Shown: positions 1-14,220 of the stretch, in pieces
Layout: every line of letters begins with the position of its first letter
Position numbering within the stretch: the stretch's first letter is position 1
NCBI RefSeq assembly: GCF_009914755.1
Contig: NC_060932.1
Reading direction: 5' to 3' (one strand)
Length of the DNA stretch: 64,000 nt
Source of the DNA: the human T2T-CHM13v2.0 reference genome, Homo sapiens
Program-made: the position numbers and the translations under genes
The notes under the pieces: model-generated
Database searches by the model: none
The model's input: the letters and a program-made list of their open reading frames with translations, nothing else
What the model was told of the DNA's origin: nothing

Positions 1-160
1 CAGTGGTCACTATTTTAAATTATGTTTTTTTAATTTAAAATTTAGTTCCTCAGTTGCACTAGCCACATTTCTGTAGCCACATGTGGCTGTGTACAGCATA
101 ACGGACAGTGCAGATTGTTAAATATTTCGATTATCACATAAAGTCCTATTGAATAGTGCA
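1..160 (-). mobile_element. MER3-like hAT-Charlie DNA transposon fragment
   Basis: agttcctcagttgcactagccacattt...agccacatgtggct...cctattgaatagtgc matches the reverse complement of MER3. Confidence 0.7.
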
Positions 161-2414
161 AGTTTGAAAAATTATCAGTGTCCTTTAACACTGGGAGAAC
201 CCAATGTTAAAGTCAATGTGTTTTTTTCTGTAAATGTTAGTTTTAAAAAGAACAGAGAAAAGTAGAATTTGAGGTCAGAAATTACGTCGGAAAATTATTT
301 TCTTTTCTATAGTTGTGTAATTGTTTGTAATGATCTAAGTAACCACATCTACACTTCCAGAATTACAAAAAAATAAACATAATGCCACTATTCTAAAAAT
401 GTAGTTCTTTAATAAACAGCCTTCATAACCTGTCTGCTGTTCTGACTTTCATACACATTCTAGACAGTTTTATAAAAGCGACTTCCTATTTAGTTATTTT
501 AGACAACTGTCAGATCTTTGAATAACCTGTCCCCCACACTGATTGCTTCTATGTCACAAATCACAGTTATTTTCTTGTTATAAGCTTTTAGAGACCCCAG
601 ATTATCTCTGAGGGAGAAAGAGATGAACAGGGATTCAGAGATAAATCAGCTCTGGTAAAGCTCACAGTTTACTAAAATAGTGGCTCCCAAATGTCTTCCT
701 AAAGAGGAGATAAATATGTGAGGAAGCTCTCGGTGGTCCTCAGCAAAATGAAGAAAAAAAACAGCTCTGTAAGCTTTCCATTGGCCAAATGTTTTCAGTG
801 TGAAGGTCTGTTCTTGATTATTCTACTGTCTTGTCTGCATTTTTTGGTGTTAACCCCATTTTATGAAATTAGATAAGATACATTAAGTGTGTATGTATCT
901 GTGCACATGAGTTTTAATGTTAGCAAAAGAAAAAAAACCTATAGAAACTCTGTGTCCCCTATTTTGAAAACTACGAAAGCTAAAGGTTTGAGTACTTCTA
1001 TGCAACTGACCAAAAAATAGGCTAGCCAATAGTTACGTTGTAGATGATATAGTGGTAAGGGGAGGTGGAAATAAAAGCTGTGGAGAAAGTAATAATAAGA
1101 GGCTGCAAAATTGAAAAAGGAAACGTTTACCTCCAAGCCAAGAAAATCAGGAAAGACTACGAGAAAAAAATGATACAGGACCCATTACAATGAGTGCATG
1201 GAGCCTTGGGTATTAGAATAAGACATCTGAATTTTTTTTTCACTAAGCAGGTGGAAAGCCAATAAATGTTTAAAGCAGGGAGAAACTTAGCCCATGTGGT
1301 TTCAGTAATACAAATGAATAAACACAGGCTGGCAATATTCCTGTGTTGATATACAAGCATCCTTCGTGATGCAATTTGTCTCATTAAAACCTTCTCTCCT
1401 ATTCCAACATATACCTGTATTCCTTAATCTCCTAAAGTGTTTATCTGCACTACTCAGGGCAGTGTATTTCCACTTTTTCAAGTCACTACCATAAAGTTAG
1501 ACATTCCCTAAATAATGTCGTTGTTCATCAACACCATTACCTACATCCCTTTAGATACCGGGGCCATCAGAGAAGATACATAATGACTGCTGGTTCAAAT
1601 CAACACATATCCCATATCCCTCATGTTCCCACCCATGCATCCTACAGCCCAGCACTGGTGGATGTGCATCCTATGGACGTCTTAATCACATACATGCACA
1701 TTGCTCTAAGAAACAAGTGAAGAAACAAAACATCAAGCAAATGGCAGACAGTGTGACTGCATATTTAGGGAAGGATTTATATTCCTACTTAGCTTTTCAA
1801 ATCAGACAATGCTTCTAAAATATTTTACCAGTATTCTCATTGGTCTAGATCTCATTGGCTGATATATTAAAAAACAAACAAAAAAGGCTAAAGAATCCAC
1901 TCGGAAAGATTAGCAATTCATTTTATGGTGGTGTAAATTATTTCTAAAGATGCTTCCAGTCAGTTCTCAATATGACAGCCATTAAAACATTGTAAACACC
2001 AACTGTTATAATCTAAGTCTCTCCTTAAGATCAGGGAGAAGGGAAAAAAAATCAAGTACACAAAGCTCAGACCAGAGAAAGTCTATCAATCCAAGCATTT
2101 GCCTCCTTGGCTACTGCTGATAGCAAAAGCCATAAGGAAGACAGCAGCACTCTAAGTTCATGTTTCCAAACCTCAGCTGAGTTCTTCTGCTTTGCTCTTT
2201 TTTCTTCACCCAGCCCACTGGCTCTCTCCCATGAGTCAATTAACATGCTCGAATCTTGCCCTATGTAATAATCTCTCCATTTGACTATTAATTATTTTAA
2301 AACTCCTCCCTCTTTTCCTCCTTCCCCACAGTAAGATTGTCAGAAGTACATTATTTTTTTACAGTACAGACAGACTTCTATGGGCACCATTTTAAGCATT
2401 TTACATTAGTGTTT

Positions 2415-2775
2415 GATAAATATTCACTCCCCTCCCCTTATGGCAGAGTGTCTGTCCCTATACAGTGACTTTGGCTTTGGCCATGTGAATTTGGTCAATG
2501 GATATAAGTGGACAAGATGTGAGCAGGGGAGTTAAACATGCTTAAGTGGTTTGATTCAGTCCCTTATGTACTTGTGATAACCAGAGGAAGAGCATACCCA
2601 GGATTGTTGTTGAACAACCGCTCTGTAAACCTGGATCCCAGAATAAGACACACACTTTGTTTACACAGCAGGCCCCAGCCAGAAGCCTGGAGTCAAGCTG
2701 TGCCCACCTGAAGACTATGAATCAGAAAATACATGTGTCCTTGTTCGCTGCTCAGATTCCACACAACAGCCAATA
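2415..2775 (+). mobile_element. Old MLT1 (H/I/J-like) ERVL-MaLR solo LTR
   Basis: gactttggctttggccatgtg...ggtcaatgga...gaagagcatacccagg...ctggatcccagaataagacac motifs. Confidence 0.6.
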
Positions 2776-2819
2776 CACCTGCCAGGAATATTTAAATTCT
2801 AGGAACTAGATGCATTAGG

Positions 2820-2910
2820 GTCCCATTTTATAGATGAAAAGACTGAGACAAGGAGGCTGAAGTAATTTGTCAACTCACATGCTCCAAGTAGCAGAGGCAG
2901 GATCTGAAAC
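2820..2910 (-). mobile_element. MIR SINE fragment
   Basis: cccattttatagatgaaaagactgag is the antisense MIR core. Confidence 0.7.
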
Positions 2911-4239
2911 ATCTGAAACAAGCAGTCCAGCCACATGTGTACTGGTAAGCACTCCATCCTTCCATTCTAAAGAACCCTATCCACCTGCTATATCTAATGC
3001 CCACCTCCCACCCAGGTCTCAATCCATTATAATCTGGCTCTTCCACCTGCTGCTGATTCTATCAATGACCCCTTAATACTAACTTTGGAGGAAGCGCCAG
3101 CCTTTGGCCTGGCAACTCAACTACTTTAGGCATTGTTGATCACTGGCAAACTCCATGCTCTCCCTCCCTTGGCATCTGGCACTTTACCTTTCTAGGTTGT
3201 CTTCTTCCTGCTCCATCTATTACCTTCCAGATCTCTTTTTCCCTCCTGAATACCTTCGGTTTGCCAGGAACTTTGCCGGACACTGAAGAGTAATTAGTGA
3301 GTAAATCAGATGTGGTCCATGCCTACGAAAACTAAGAAACTAGCAGAGAAGACAGATATCACACAAATAGCAGGGTTTCAGGTACTCTAAATTGTAAAAC
3401 TGCACACAGAGCATTGACAGGCTTGTGTGTGGTGAGGAGAGTGTTTGGGAGACAGGAAACCCCCACCTAGTATAGGGGTCTAGAAAAGCTTTACTGAGAG
3501 TGTGCAGGAATCCACGGGGCAAAGAGGCAGCTAGGTGGATGGAATCACATGTGCAAAGCTGGAGGGACGGTGATACACTGAAGCCCTCAGCATGCATGGG
3601 GCACAGAGGGTGTGGGAAGGTAGTACTAGGCAAGGCTGGAGAGGGTGGCAGGCTCCAGATCTGTAGGAGCCTACAGGCCACAAAAGGATTTTCCTCTTTA
3701 TCCTAGGGCCAACGGGGGCTCCTTAGGGCTCAGCTTCTAGAAGTCTTCCTGTCCTATCAGCTGCTGTTTGGGGTCCCTTTGGATTCTTCAGGGCCCCATC
3801 AGACCATTGTAGAAGGATGTACTGTAGTGCAAAATATTCCTTGTGCATTTGCCATACCACCAGTGCTGACTCCCCCTCACCCCCATGGTTGCTTTAATTC
3901 AGGCTAAAGACAATAGTGACAAAACTCTGGTAATGTCAGTGAGGATTTAGAGAAACAGATGTTTGAATTGATGGGCCTTGCCCCTTCAAACACATGACCT
4001 AGACATTTCAGAGACAGGATGAGAGAAAAGCATCCCAAGCTAGGGATGCAATCCACAATAGCCATGCCTATCAGAGCAAATCCTGAAGTCTCGCCCTGCA
4101 GGCAGCAGAACTGAATCTGGGAAGCAGCTGGTGCGAGAGGAGTTGGCTCTGCCAACTGATACTAAAATAAACCAGAGTACACCAGGCATTTCACCAGCCA
4201 TAAACCCTATGCCCTCATTTGCATGGCTGACTCCTTGTC

Positions 4240-4508
4240 ACTCAAGCCTCCACCTAACCATCATCATCTCAGTGAAGACATTTAAGTTGCTTCCCGGGCA
4301 AAGAGCACTACATCTTTCTGTTTTGATTCTCTACATGGCAGTTGGTACTCTGTTATTTAATGGCATATGTGTTTGTTTCCTGTCTATCTCCCCCAACAAA
4401 AATTGTAAGTCTTAAGAGCAGGGACCTTGCCAGTTTCATAATCCTCACACAATGGCTGGCACGTGGGCAGCATGCTGTACATAATTGTTGAATGAAGGAA
4501 TAAATGAG
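4240..4508 (+). mobile_element. L2 LINE 3' end
   Basis: tgtaagtcttaagagcagggaccttg...tggcacgtgggcag...ttgttgaatgaaggaataaatga L2 terminus. Confidence 0.65.
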
Positions 4509-4712
4509 AATAGGATGCCTCTTCTGTGTTATATATATTCTCCCATCCCTCTGTCTCTCATATTTGTTTCCTTCTGTAAGGCTTCTTTAGCTATTGCTAA
4601 AAGGTTCTTTAAGGTCCGATAAATGTATGCAAGGTCTGATATGCATGTGTATCTCTGCATTCTTCTGGTCAAAGGAAACCTAGTTTCATCCGAGAATCAA
4701 AGAAGCCACATT

Positions 4713-5077
4713 TGTTATGAACAGAATTGTGTTTCTCCCGACCCCTAAAAATTCATATGCTGAAGGCTTAACCCCTAATGTCACCATATTTGGAGAGAGG
4801 GCCTTTAAAGGGCTATTTAAAGTTAATAAAGCTGTAAGGGTGGGGTCTTAATCTAATATGACTGATGTCCTTACAAGAAGGGGAAGAGACACCAGAGTGT
4901 GCAAGCACAGAACAAAGGCCATCTCCAAGCCAAGTAGAAAGGTTTCAGAAGAAACCAAACCTGCTGACACCTTGATCTTGGACTTCCAGCCTCCAGAAGT
5001 GTGAGAAATTCAGTTTCTGTTGTTCAAGCCACCCAGTCTGTGATATTTTGTTATGGCAGCTCTAGCAGACTAACACA
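4713..5077 (+). mobile_element. MLT1A0/MLT1B ERVL-MaLR solo LTR
   Basis: TG...CA termini; aaacctgctgacaccttgatcttggacttccagcctccagaa...aagccacccagtctgtg...gactaacaca. Confidence 0.9.
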
Positions 5078-5119
5078 ATATCCCTGTAAAGTTAAGAACC
5101 ACTGAAAAGAAACTACTTA

Positions 5120-5300
5120 TTTATTTGAGCACCTAGGTTGGCTGTATACCTTACATAAATCACTTCATTTATTCCTCTCAACAATCCTTCTGGGTGAATA
5201 GGATTGTTCCCATTTCACAGATGAAGAAATTGAAGCTCAAAGAGATTAAGTTATTTACCCAAAGTCACTGAACAAGTCAATGAAGTCAGGACCTAAATCC
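5120..5300 (-). mobile_element. MIR SINE
   Basis: cccatttcacagatgaagaaattgaagctcaaagagattaag. Confidence 0.75.
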
Positions 5301-5304
5301 AGTC

Positions 5305-5448
5305 AATAGTAGTCTTGGCCACACACTAGAATCATCTGAAGAACGTATGCAATCACTCTTACCTGGCCAACCATGAGCAATCCTGAGTCAATTGATCCTC
5401 ATAGAGCATCAGGTGATTATAATAGGCAGGCAGAATTAAGAACCACTG
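5305..5448. mobile_element. MER5-like hAT-Charlie MITE
   Basis: tagaatcatctg...caggtgattataat...ttaagaaccactg terminus. Confidence 0.6.
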
Positions 5449-6084
5449 AGTAAGGCACTCACAATCCCCAAACTGTGCGATCTCTGTCTGAAACTGCCAT
5501 CCATTCTTTACTAAGTCTGATTTCCTTGGACTAAAGTGTTAGCAAAGAAAAGGAGAAAGTACTTGGCGATTCTGCTTTACTTTTAATTATCCCAGGCAAG
5601 GCCCTATTGAGCACCCAGGAGGAATGAGGTATACACAGAGCTTCAACCACCTGGCCAACAGAAGCACCCACCTAATTCTATTTTGAACTCAAAATGGATG
5701 GCGTGTACTTTGTAGTCTGGCATGGTGTGCACATCTTGCAGCAGAGATGCAACGTGTCCAGGTTTCCACTGCCAGAATACAGATACCTACAGTTAGGACC
5801 CCTCGTCCTCTCTGCACTACATGTAGCTCTTTTGTAAAATAAAGGAGACAAACTTAATGTGTGAACTTCCTTTTAGTTCTACCATTCCGAATTTAACATT
5901 CTCTCACGTGCTCCGAGAACCAAGTGACAACCATGTGCACATGAGAACGCAGTCAACAAGACCATGGCATGCAGCCCCAAATATTCACTGCTGGCCTGCC
6001 CAGGTGCGGAGCGCTGCTGGTACCGCTTCTGTCAAAAGGCTCCCGCTCGTGGGGTGCTCAGTAAATACCGGTAGTTTTGTCCCA

Positions 6085-6563
6085 GTTCACCTCCAATCAC
6101 CCCACTTTCACAACGATTCAATGTTCGCTTAGGGATAAAGTCTTTATGGTTCAGGTGGGATCTCCCCTCTAACTCTAGGGCTACAGTGTGGGAACTGGCC
6201 CTAAGTCAATCAGCACATGCCATTATCCCTGATCACATGACCTGGGCAGTCCAATCAGAGAGACCTTACTACTTGCATAGGAATTAGTGGGAAATAATTG
6301 TTCTCTCTCCCACCATATGTAAACCTGGAAAAACCTGAGGCAGGAACTGCTACAGCAATCTAGACCTCTCAAGATGAAAGTCTCCATGTGAGCAAAAGGG
6401 AAGCCAATAGAAGAAACGACAGCCCAGGCGACTCAATTAGAAACCCAGATCAAGACTCCCTGAAACTAGATCTACTCGTAGATCTCTCAGGTATGGGAGG
6501 CAACAGATCGCCTCTTTTTACTTAGGCCTGGTAGAGTTGGATTGGGTTTTCTGAGACTTGCAA
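6085..6563 (+). mobile_element. MLT1K/L-like ERVL-MaLR LTR
   Basis: ccctaagtcaatcagc...cctgaaactagatctac...ttggattgggttttctgagacttgcaa. Confidence 0.6.
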
Positions 6564-6918
6564 TTCATATAGCATATGTCACGTGAAAGAAAATCTAGTC
6601 TCTCATAATTGTAAGGGTCTTTAGATGTCAGTGAAGTGTGCTGGTTTTCTAACCTTGTGTGTTAGGTAAGAAACTTAGACTTTATCCTGAGTGCAGCAGG
6701 GTGCCCCAAATAATTGAAGCAAGCAAAAATGTTGTTTCCAAATTTTTAAAAATGATACTGCCTCCATACACAATACATTTGAGAGGTTCAAAACTAGAGT
6801 AAAAAAAAAAAAACTACATTTAGAGTATCTTGGGTTTTCCAAGTGAGAAGAAATGAAGGCCTAAATTAGGACAAAGGTAATGAGGATGAAAGAAGATAGG
6901 TTTTGGGATCACTTAGAT

Positions 6919-6981
6919 CAGGGGTTGGCAAACTTTTTCTATAAAGGATTAGATGGTGAATATTTCAGGCTTTGCAGACCA
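6919..6981. mobile_element. MER58 hAT-Charlie terminal fragment
   Basis: caggggttggcaaactttttctataaagg...atatttcaggctttgcag. Confidence 0.7.
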
Positions 6982-9149
6982 TTTTATTGGTGATGATATT
7001 GAGGAAAGGTGTCTTTGAGGTGGCAACTACTAATAGTCAGCAGTGCAGACAAGATCATAATTTCTAATTCTGGCATCACTAGTGACTCTATTGCACTATA
7101 TTCCCCTCTTCCATGCTTCTAGATGAAAAGATATTTCTCTCTCAGCCTTGAGACCACCATGTTACATGTAAAAATAATTATACATGTAGTAAATATTACT
7201 AGACATCAATAATGTGTCCTAGCACTTCTGAAGGACTATTTCCCATCTCAAGAGCCTTGAAGTCTTATCTTTGTTATGCACATTTCTCCCAAGCCATTTG
7301 TGCTTTTTTTTTTAGATCTGATTTTTTTTAAGTGGTTGTGAAACATATATCACACTCCTTTGCTTTAAGGATTATTCACTTTTCTAATCTGAACAATGTG
7401 TTATGTTAAAAGAGGATAGAGAATTTATTCAAGCCAAGAACTAAGGCACTCCTTATTCCGACTCATGACAAGAAAAGAATAAATCACAGACATGCATTAT
7501 CAGAACATAACCACAGTCAACTCCAACTGAAGACCAAAAAAATCCCACTAAAAGGCAAGCAAAATGCCTTGACTGCTATGCAAAACCAAAAACCATACAA
7601 AAAGAAAAAGGCTAGAAGAAAATATGCCAAATACTAACAGTGGCTGCCTTTTGAAGGTGAATTCATGAAGATTTTTTTTTATTTTCCAATGGGTATATAT
7701 AATAAGCATGTAATTATAATTATCTTAAAAGATTAATTTAAAATGTAGGGAAATGTTACTATATTGCATTTTTTAAAAAAATTCTTAAATTTCTAATTGT
7801 ATCTTACTCTAGGATATTACCAGAATATATTAAATTAGGTTAAAATTACTTTAGGTTTACAAACAAACTATGCTTTTAGGTCTAAATATATGATGTAGCT
7901 TAAAACAATAAATTATTTTTCTCTCCATGCCTAGACAGTAACTCTTCTTTGTTTAAATATTTCCAGACACCATACCCTCCTCATTATTATTCTATTTTCT
8001 AGTACAACTCCCTTTTATCCCACTCACTGACAAAAACTTAACGTGGCTGGCAGACTGAGTATCATAAGTTCAAACATCGTTACTCATTATCATCAGAAGA
8101 GAAATCGTAGAAATACTGTGGTCTTGCCCTCTTCCTGCTTCTTTTGGGGAAGCCCTACTCCACTGATCCCTCCCTAAGAATGGGGACCCAGATGTCAAAA
8201 GCAACATCACAGAGCAAATGGCCATGCCAATAGCTGAGCCTGTTTAGTTTGGCAGTTGGCTCCTCTAAAAACCAGGTCAACATCAACAATCTCTTACCCC
8301 CATCCCTACTCCAAAGATGAAGAACTGATGGGTAGAAGCAGAGAGAAACAGAGGAAAGAAAGCTAATAGGGAAGGAAAGAGATGGCTCTGGAGAGGCCCT
8401 TAGGGACGTCTCTCCATTCTAAGTTTAAAAAGACCTATTCAGCAGAAAGGAACAGATGGGAAGGTCTCTGGGAAGCAGTCAGCAGACTGTATGCTTAAAT
8501 CAAGATCCAGAAGGCTGCAGTCTTCATGCACAAGTACCCCCAGACTTCTTAAGCAGAATAGTTCTGTACCCCACAAAGTCTTTTTCCACTTGCTCCTATC
8601 AGGCCCACTTATGGTTGTTACCACTTCAATAATACCTCCTAACTGCCAAATAGGAAAAAAAAATATGCTTGCCCCAAGAAGTTCCATACACAGGAAACCT
8701 CTCTTTCAGGGCTGAAGGTATTTCGGTTTGCACAACTGCCTTTGTCAAATCTGAGTGTGTACACGTGCACTACAGCACTAGAATGGGACTTAGGACACTT
8801 GGGCTTTCTTCTACTTCCTATCATATATGATTCAGAAAGCCCAATGCTGTGTGCAAGATCTGAATTCATTTAACAGTTATTTTCTGAGTGCCTACTGTGC
8901 ACCAGACATTCTTCTAGGTGCTGAAACACAATTTTAAAAAAACTACAATTATAGAAGGGAATCCCTGATTAAAGGAATCATCTTCAGAAATGAGAATGCC
9001 TAATCTACATTTCAACTGCTAACTTTCTTAGAGACAACACAATAAAATGTACATAGACATTGAAACATATCTGAAAATTAATAAAATGGGTGGACAGAAG
9101 TACAAACTCTGGAATCAGAAATTAAGAGTTCAAATATTGGCTTTTATCT

Positions 9150-10480
9150 GGGTAATTAACCAGCCTATTAAAAAAGAACTAAACAGTCTGATGTAAGAAA
9201 ACCCTCTCTCTGCCCCTAAATATAATCAGCCAACTCATCTTACAATGAAGACCATGATCAACAAGCCCCATTCATACCTAGAGAGCTTTCAATGTTTTTT
9301 CAAAGTGGGCCACAAAAAATATGAGCAAAGTCTCTAATATTGGCAAATATTTGAAGAAAACATTTAACATAAAAGGAGATCAGAATGAACAAACAAAAAC
9401 AAACAATTAGGAAGAAAGAACTATGAAGAGAGGAGTACACTAAGAAAATAAAAATATCATTAAGAAATGATAATCAATAAAAAATAGAAACATTACATCC
9501 ACAAAATAGGATGCTGAATTTTTTTCCAAAAACCGAGGTCTTAGAAATTAAAAATTACATAGAAATTGTAAATGCCAGAGAAACATGAAAATAAAATATA
9601 TCCACAAATAAAAAATAACAGATGAAAAATAGCAAACATACACTTTAAAAAATAAGAACTAGTCCAGCCAATTTATCATCTCAAAAATAAAAGCTGGAGA
9701 AAGAAAGAAGAAAATACATAAAAGAAAATCAAATAAATAATTCAAAAAACAATCCCAGAAATGAACAACATGCATTTCCATTCAGTAACACCACAAAATA
9801 CACAACACAGTGGACAAAATAGACTCAAACCTAGGCATATTCTCATGGAATTTCTGAACACTCAGACTGGAGAAAAGATTCAATAATTTCAGGAAGAACT
9901 AAGTATGTTTTATACAAAGGAGAAAAAATCAGAATGGCTTCAGATTTCCCAAAAACATGACTGGAAACTAGAATATATTAGACACTTCAAAATTGTGGGG
10001 AAAGATACTTTCCAACTTTCAAAAAAAAGTTTAAAGCCAGTCAACTTACAAATTAAGTACAAGGGTAGAATAAAGTCTTTTTCAGATATGCAAGTTCTCA
10101 AAACTATGCTTCCCAGCTAGCTTTTCTCAGGAGGATGTACTCCATCAAAACCAAGGTGAAAACAAAGAACACTCAGGATCCTAGAGCGAAACTAACACAA
10201 AGGCAAGAAAGGCATCCCACGGACGATGGTGAAAGCAAATCCAAAGGCAGCAGCTATGGAGCAAGTCAAGAGAACAGAACGACCTATTCGGAACAAATAT
10301 AAGAATTCTTTGGTGGGGGGAATTTCTTCAATGAGAAGAAATTGACAGGATTCCTAATATATGAATATATTGGAAGGAAATTAAACAAGGGAACTTTTTA
10401 TTTAAATTAGTGATAAGTTTATAGAACACAGCATATAACAAAAAATTACTAAGCATATTTTTAAAAGACAATGACTAATT
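9150..10480 (+). mobile_element. HAL1 / ancient L1 ORF1-like fossil
   Basis: A-rich; ORF 9905-10120 (PVNLQIKYKGRIKSFSDMQVLK) resembles the L1 ORF1p C-terminal domain; ttttctcaggaggatgtactccatcaaaac is HAL1-like. Confidence 0.7.
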
Positions 10481-11156
10481 TTTAAAATTATGTTCACATA
10501 TAATTTTCATAAAAATAAAATCTAAATTTTACCTATTTAAAGTGCTTATTATACTTCCTGGCATATAGTACTTCATACATTTAGCCACTATTCTAACAAT
10601 GATTTCAACTATACATACATACCAGGCTTCACTTCCAACTGCTTCTTCCACTAAATGGCACCAGGTAAGTTACCTACCTAGAGCCTGTTTCCTTATATAC
10701 AAAATGGAAATAAGCACAATGTTGTCAGCATCAGAGAGAATGTTTATAAGCCACAATACTTGGTATACAAGTAAGCATTTAATAAATGGTAGAGAATATT
10801 TATCTATATTTGTATATGAAATTTATATATAACGTTTGTATATAAAGTATTTGTATATAAGATGTTTTATTGCCTAAAATCAGAATCCTAATTTAGAAAT
10901 AATGACACTAAGAGGTCACAGAAATATAGTGGTTGAATGTAAGAGCCGCAGTGTTTCTGAATGTTTAATCAAGGATTTTAAAATTTTAAGATAAAAATAG
11001 CTGAACAGCCTCCACAGTACACCCAGAAAAAGAAAAGACCAATGAAACATTAGAGGGATGACTAAACAGACCAGACCAACATGAAACCCCAAAAGAAAAC
11101 GATGGTTGGAAAACCTTGTTAAAATAATATATTGATGATTACAGGAATAAAATGTC

Positions 11157-11548
<392 letters not shown>

Positions 11549-11999
11549 TTAAGAAATATAACAATGAGTTTACAAGTAACTTAGATACTGTCTTTATATT
11601 GCAAAGGCCCCTCATTTGGTCCAACACAGATACGCCTTTCACTAGAAAAGCTAAGTGTTTTCTAAGTCTCTAGCCTTGACAACGACCATCAAAAAGTCCC
11701 AGGGACAGAACAGAAAGGGATGATACCTTTTCAAACTTGGACAGTAATTTGTTGCTTTCTCAAGTTCCCATCACTGGCCTCATTAAGGGCTGTTTCTAAG
11801 GAAAATGAGATTACTTACTGTGCTTACACACATTTACCATAAGAAAGTAAAAAAAATACATTATTTTAAAAAATATTTTATCAACAACTATTAAGATTTG
11901 CTAGAATAGCTTATGTTACTCCAGGTACAGCTAGTCATTTATAGAAAGCCTAGAAGGAAATGTTAATAATCCTTGGGGTAACTATGGGGTATGTCAGAG

Positions 12000-12230
12000 T
12001 AGCAGGCTTGTTTAGTGGCAAGAGATCAAACACTGAAGTCATCTGAACTTGGGTTTGAATTCTTACTCTCTCATTTACCAGCTACTGGCCTTAGAAAAAT
12101 TATTTAATCTTCTAGGCCTCAATTTTTTTCATCTAGGAAATGGAGATATTTTCTAAGATGTCGCTATGAAATTTTTTTAAAGAAAGGAAATTGAGATAAT
12201 AATCATCTCGTAGGATTATTGTGAGCAAGT
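12000..12230 (+). mobile_element. MIR SINE
   Basis: gggtttgaatt...ggcctcaatttttttcatctaggaaatggag. Confidence 0.65.
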
Positions 12231-12279
12231 AGGATATTCAAAATACACAACAACCAGTATGGCTGAAAACAAACCCATC

Positions 12280-12282
<3 letters not shown>

Positions 12283-12313
<31 letters not shown>
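12283..12313. repeat. (AT)n microsatellite
   Basis: About 15 perfect AT units. Confidence 0.95.
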
Positions 12314-12314
<1 letters not shown>

Positions 12315-13720
12315 TGACCATCAACAACCAGTATAGCTGTATGTACAAGGGTTTACTGGCTGAAGAGCAATTCTGGCTGCTAATATCAGTGAGTGCCTAA
12401 TAAATGTTAACAACTGGTACTGTTAGTTTCTTATTTGTGTTTTTATGATTTCTTTCTTGCTCTGGTGAATACAAAAGACTTTCATGCCCAGATAATAATG
12501 TTTTAAAATATTAGCTTAATAGGGAAATTTAAAAGATCTGGTACTGGAGAGTCAATTAACAAAATACTAGGAAAAAACGAAAGGAACTTAAAACTCTCAT
12601 TACTTGAGTCACGCATTAGGTACCTTGGAGACCCCCAAGATCTTGGCCCTAGTCTGGCTGCCTTCATCCATAATTTAAGAAACATTCTCGATCCCTTTTA
12701 ATATCCCATTTGCAAACCCCTTTAAAGTGGGCCCTGTGCCATCCCTTCCAATCATGGCAGCAATGATGGAAGCCTCAAGAAAAAGACTCAAGATATCAAA
12801 TTCTAAATCCAAGCTTTGCAACTAATGAATTATGTGACCTTGGGTAAGGGAGTCTTCACATCCTTGTTTGTGAAAGGGGAAGAAGAGCACCTGTTCCAGC
12901 TGCCAGTGCATCAATGGTGGCTCAGATGAGAAACTGTATTTTGGAAAGCACAGAGTATACGTAAAGCCAGAGTGGCATGATTTCAGTGATGATGGCCCTG
13001 GGATGAACCCCAGAAAACATGCAGATGCCAAAGCTATCAGCTACTGAGTTTCAATTTAAAAAAAAAAGAAAAGAAAAGAAAAAAAAACATCCCTGGCCAG
13101 GCAAAGCAGCCAGATGAGGCAGGATTCATAAGGCAGCATAGTGGTACTTAGCAAGCAATAGACTGAGCATCAGATCAGCCAAGGAGAATCACTCTCCCTT
13201 ACCATTAAAATCAGGGACAAAAACCTCAACGCCCTAGAAACCTAAATCTTAAAGCCTCTGAGAGCAGGAAGGAGGCAGGAGATAGGAGAAGGAAATGGAG
13301 ATCATGTGTCTGTCTTGGCAAAATTGTGAAGTTGACCAAGTTTATTTTCAGCATCTTTTTTACTTTCCTTTCTGACACTCCCCCTACTTTCTGTTGTTTC
13401 ACTTGAATCCCAACCCCAGGCTATAGGGTCAGAGTACCCTCATGGTACCACCTGGCTGGCTGGTGCACCCAACCCCTACTCCATAGGCAAGCACCTACCA
13501 AGGCCTAACCTCTCCAGAATATGACTCATGTTCTGAAAATTATATCCTCTCCTGACATTTGAGAATTAGAAGTCCTCCTATTCCATTCCTACCCTACCTG
13601 GAATTAGTTATTGCAAAATAAATGAATTCACAAGAAATAAGAAGTCATTCTTTAATAGTCACGTTTTTACAGAAAATTCTGAAGATGATAAAGTCCTGAT
13701 CCAGTATTCCCCAAATGTCC

Positions 13721-14016
<296 letters not shown>

Positions 14017-14054
14017 AAATGTCCTAATTAGGATTTTTAGGCATCATCTTTATC

Positions 14055-14220
14055 AAATTTCAACTCTACTGCTTACTAGCTGTGTGACCATGAGCAAGTT
14101 AAGCTTTCTGAGTCCCTTTTTTTATTTGCAGATAGGGATGATAATGAAACCTACCTGAAAGGTTGATGTGAAGATTAACGAGTTAATATAACAAGCATCT
14201 AGAACAGTGCCTATCATGTA
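14055..14220 (+). mobile_element. MIR SINE
   Basis: cttactagctgtgtgacc...tgtgaagattaacgagttaata...tagaacagtgcct. Confidence 0.75.
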
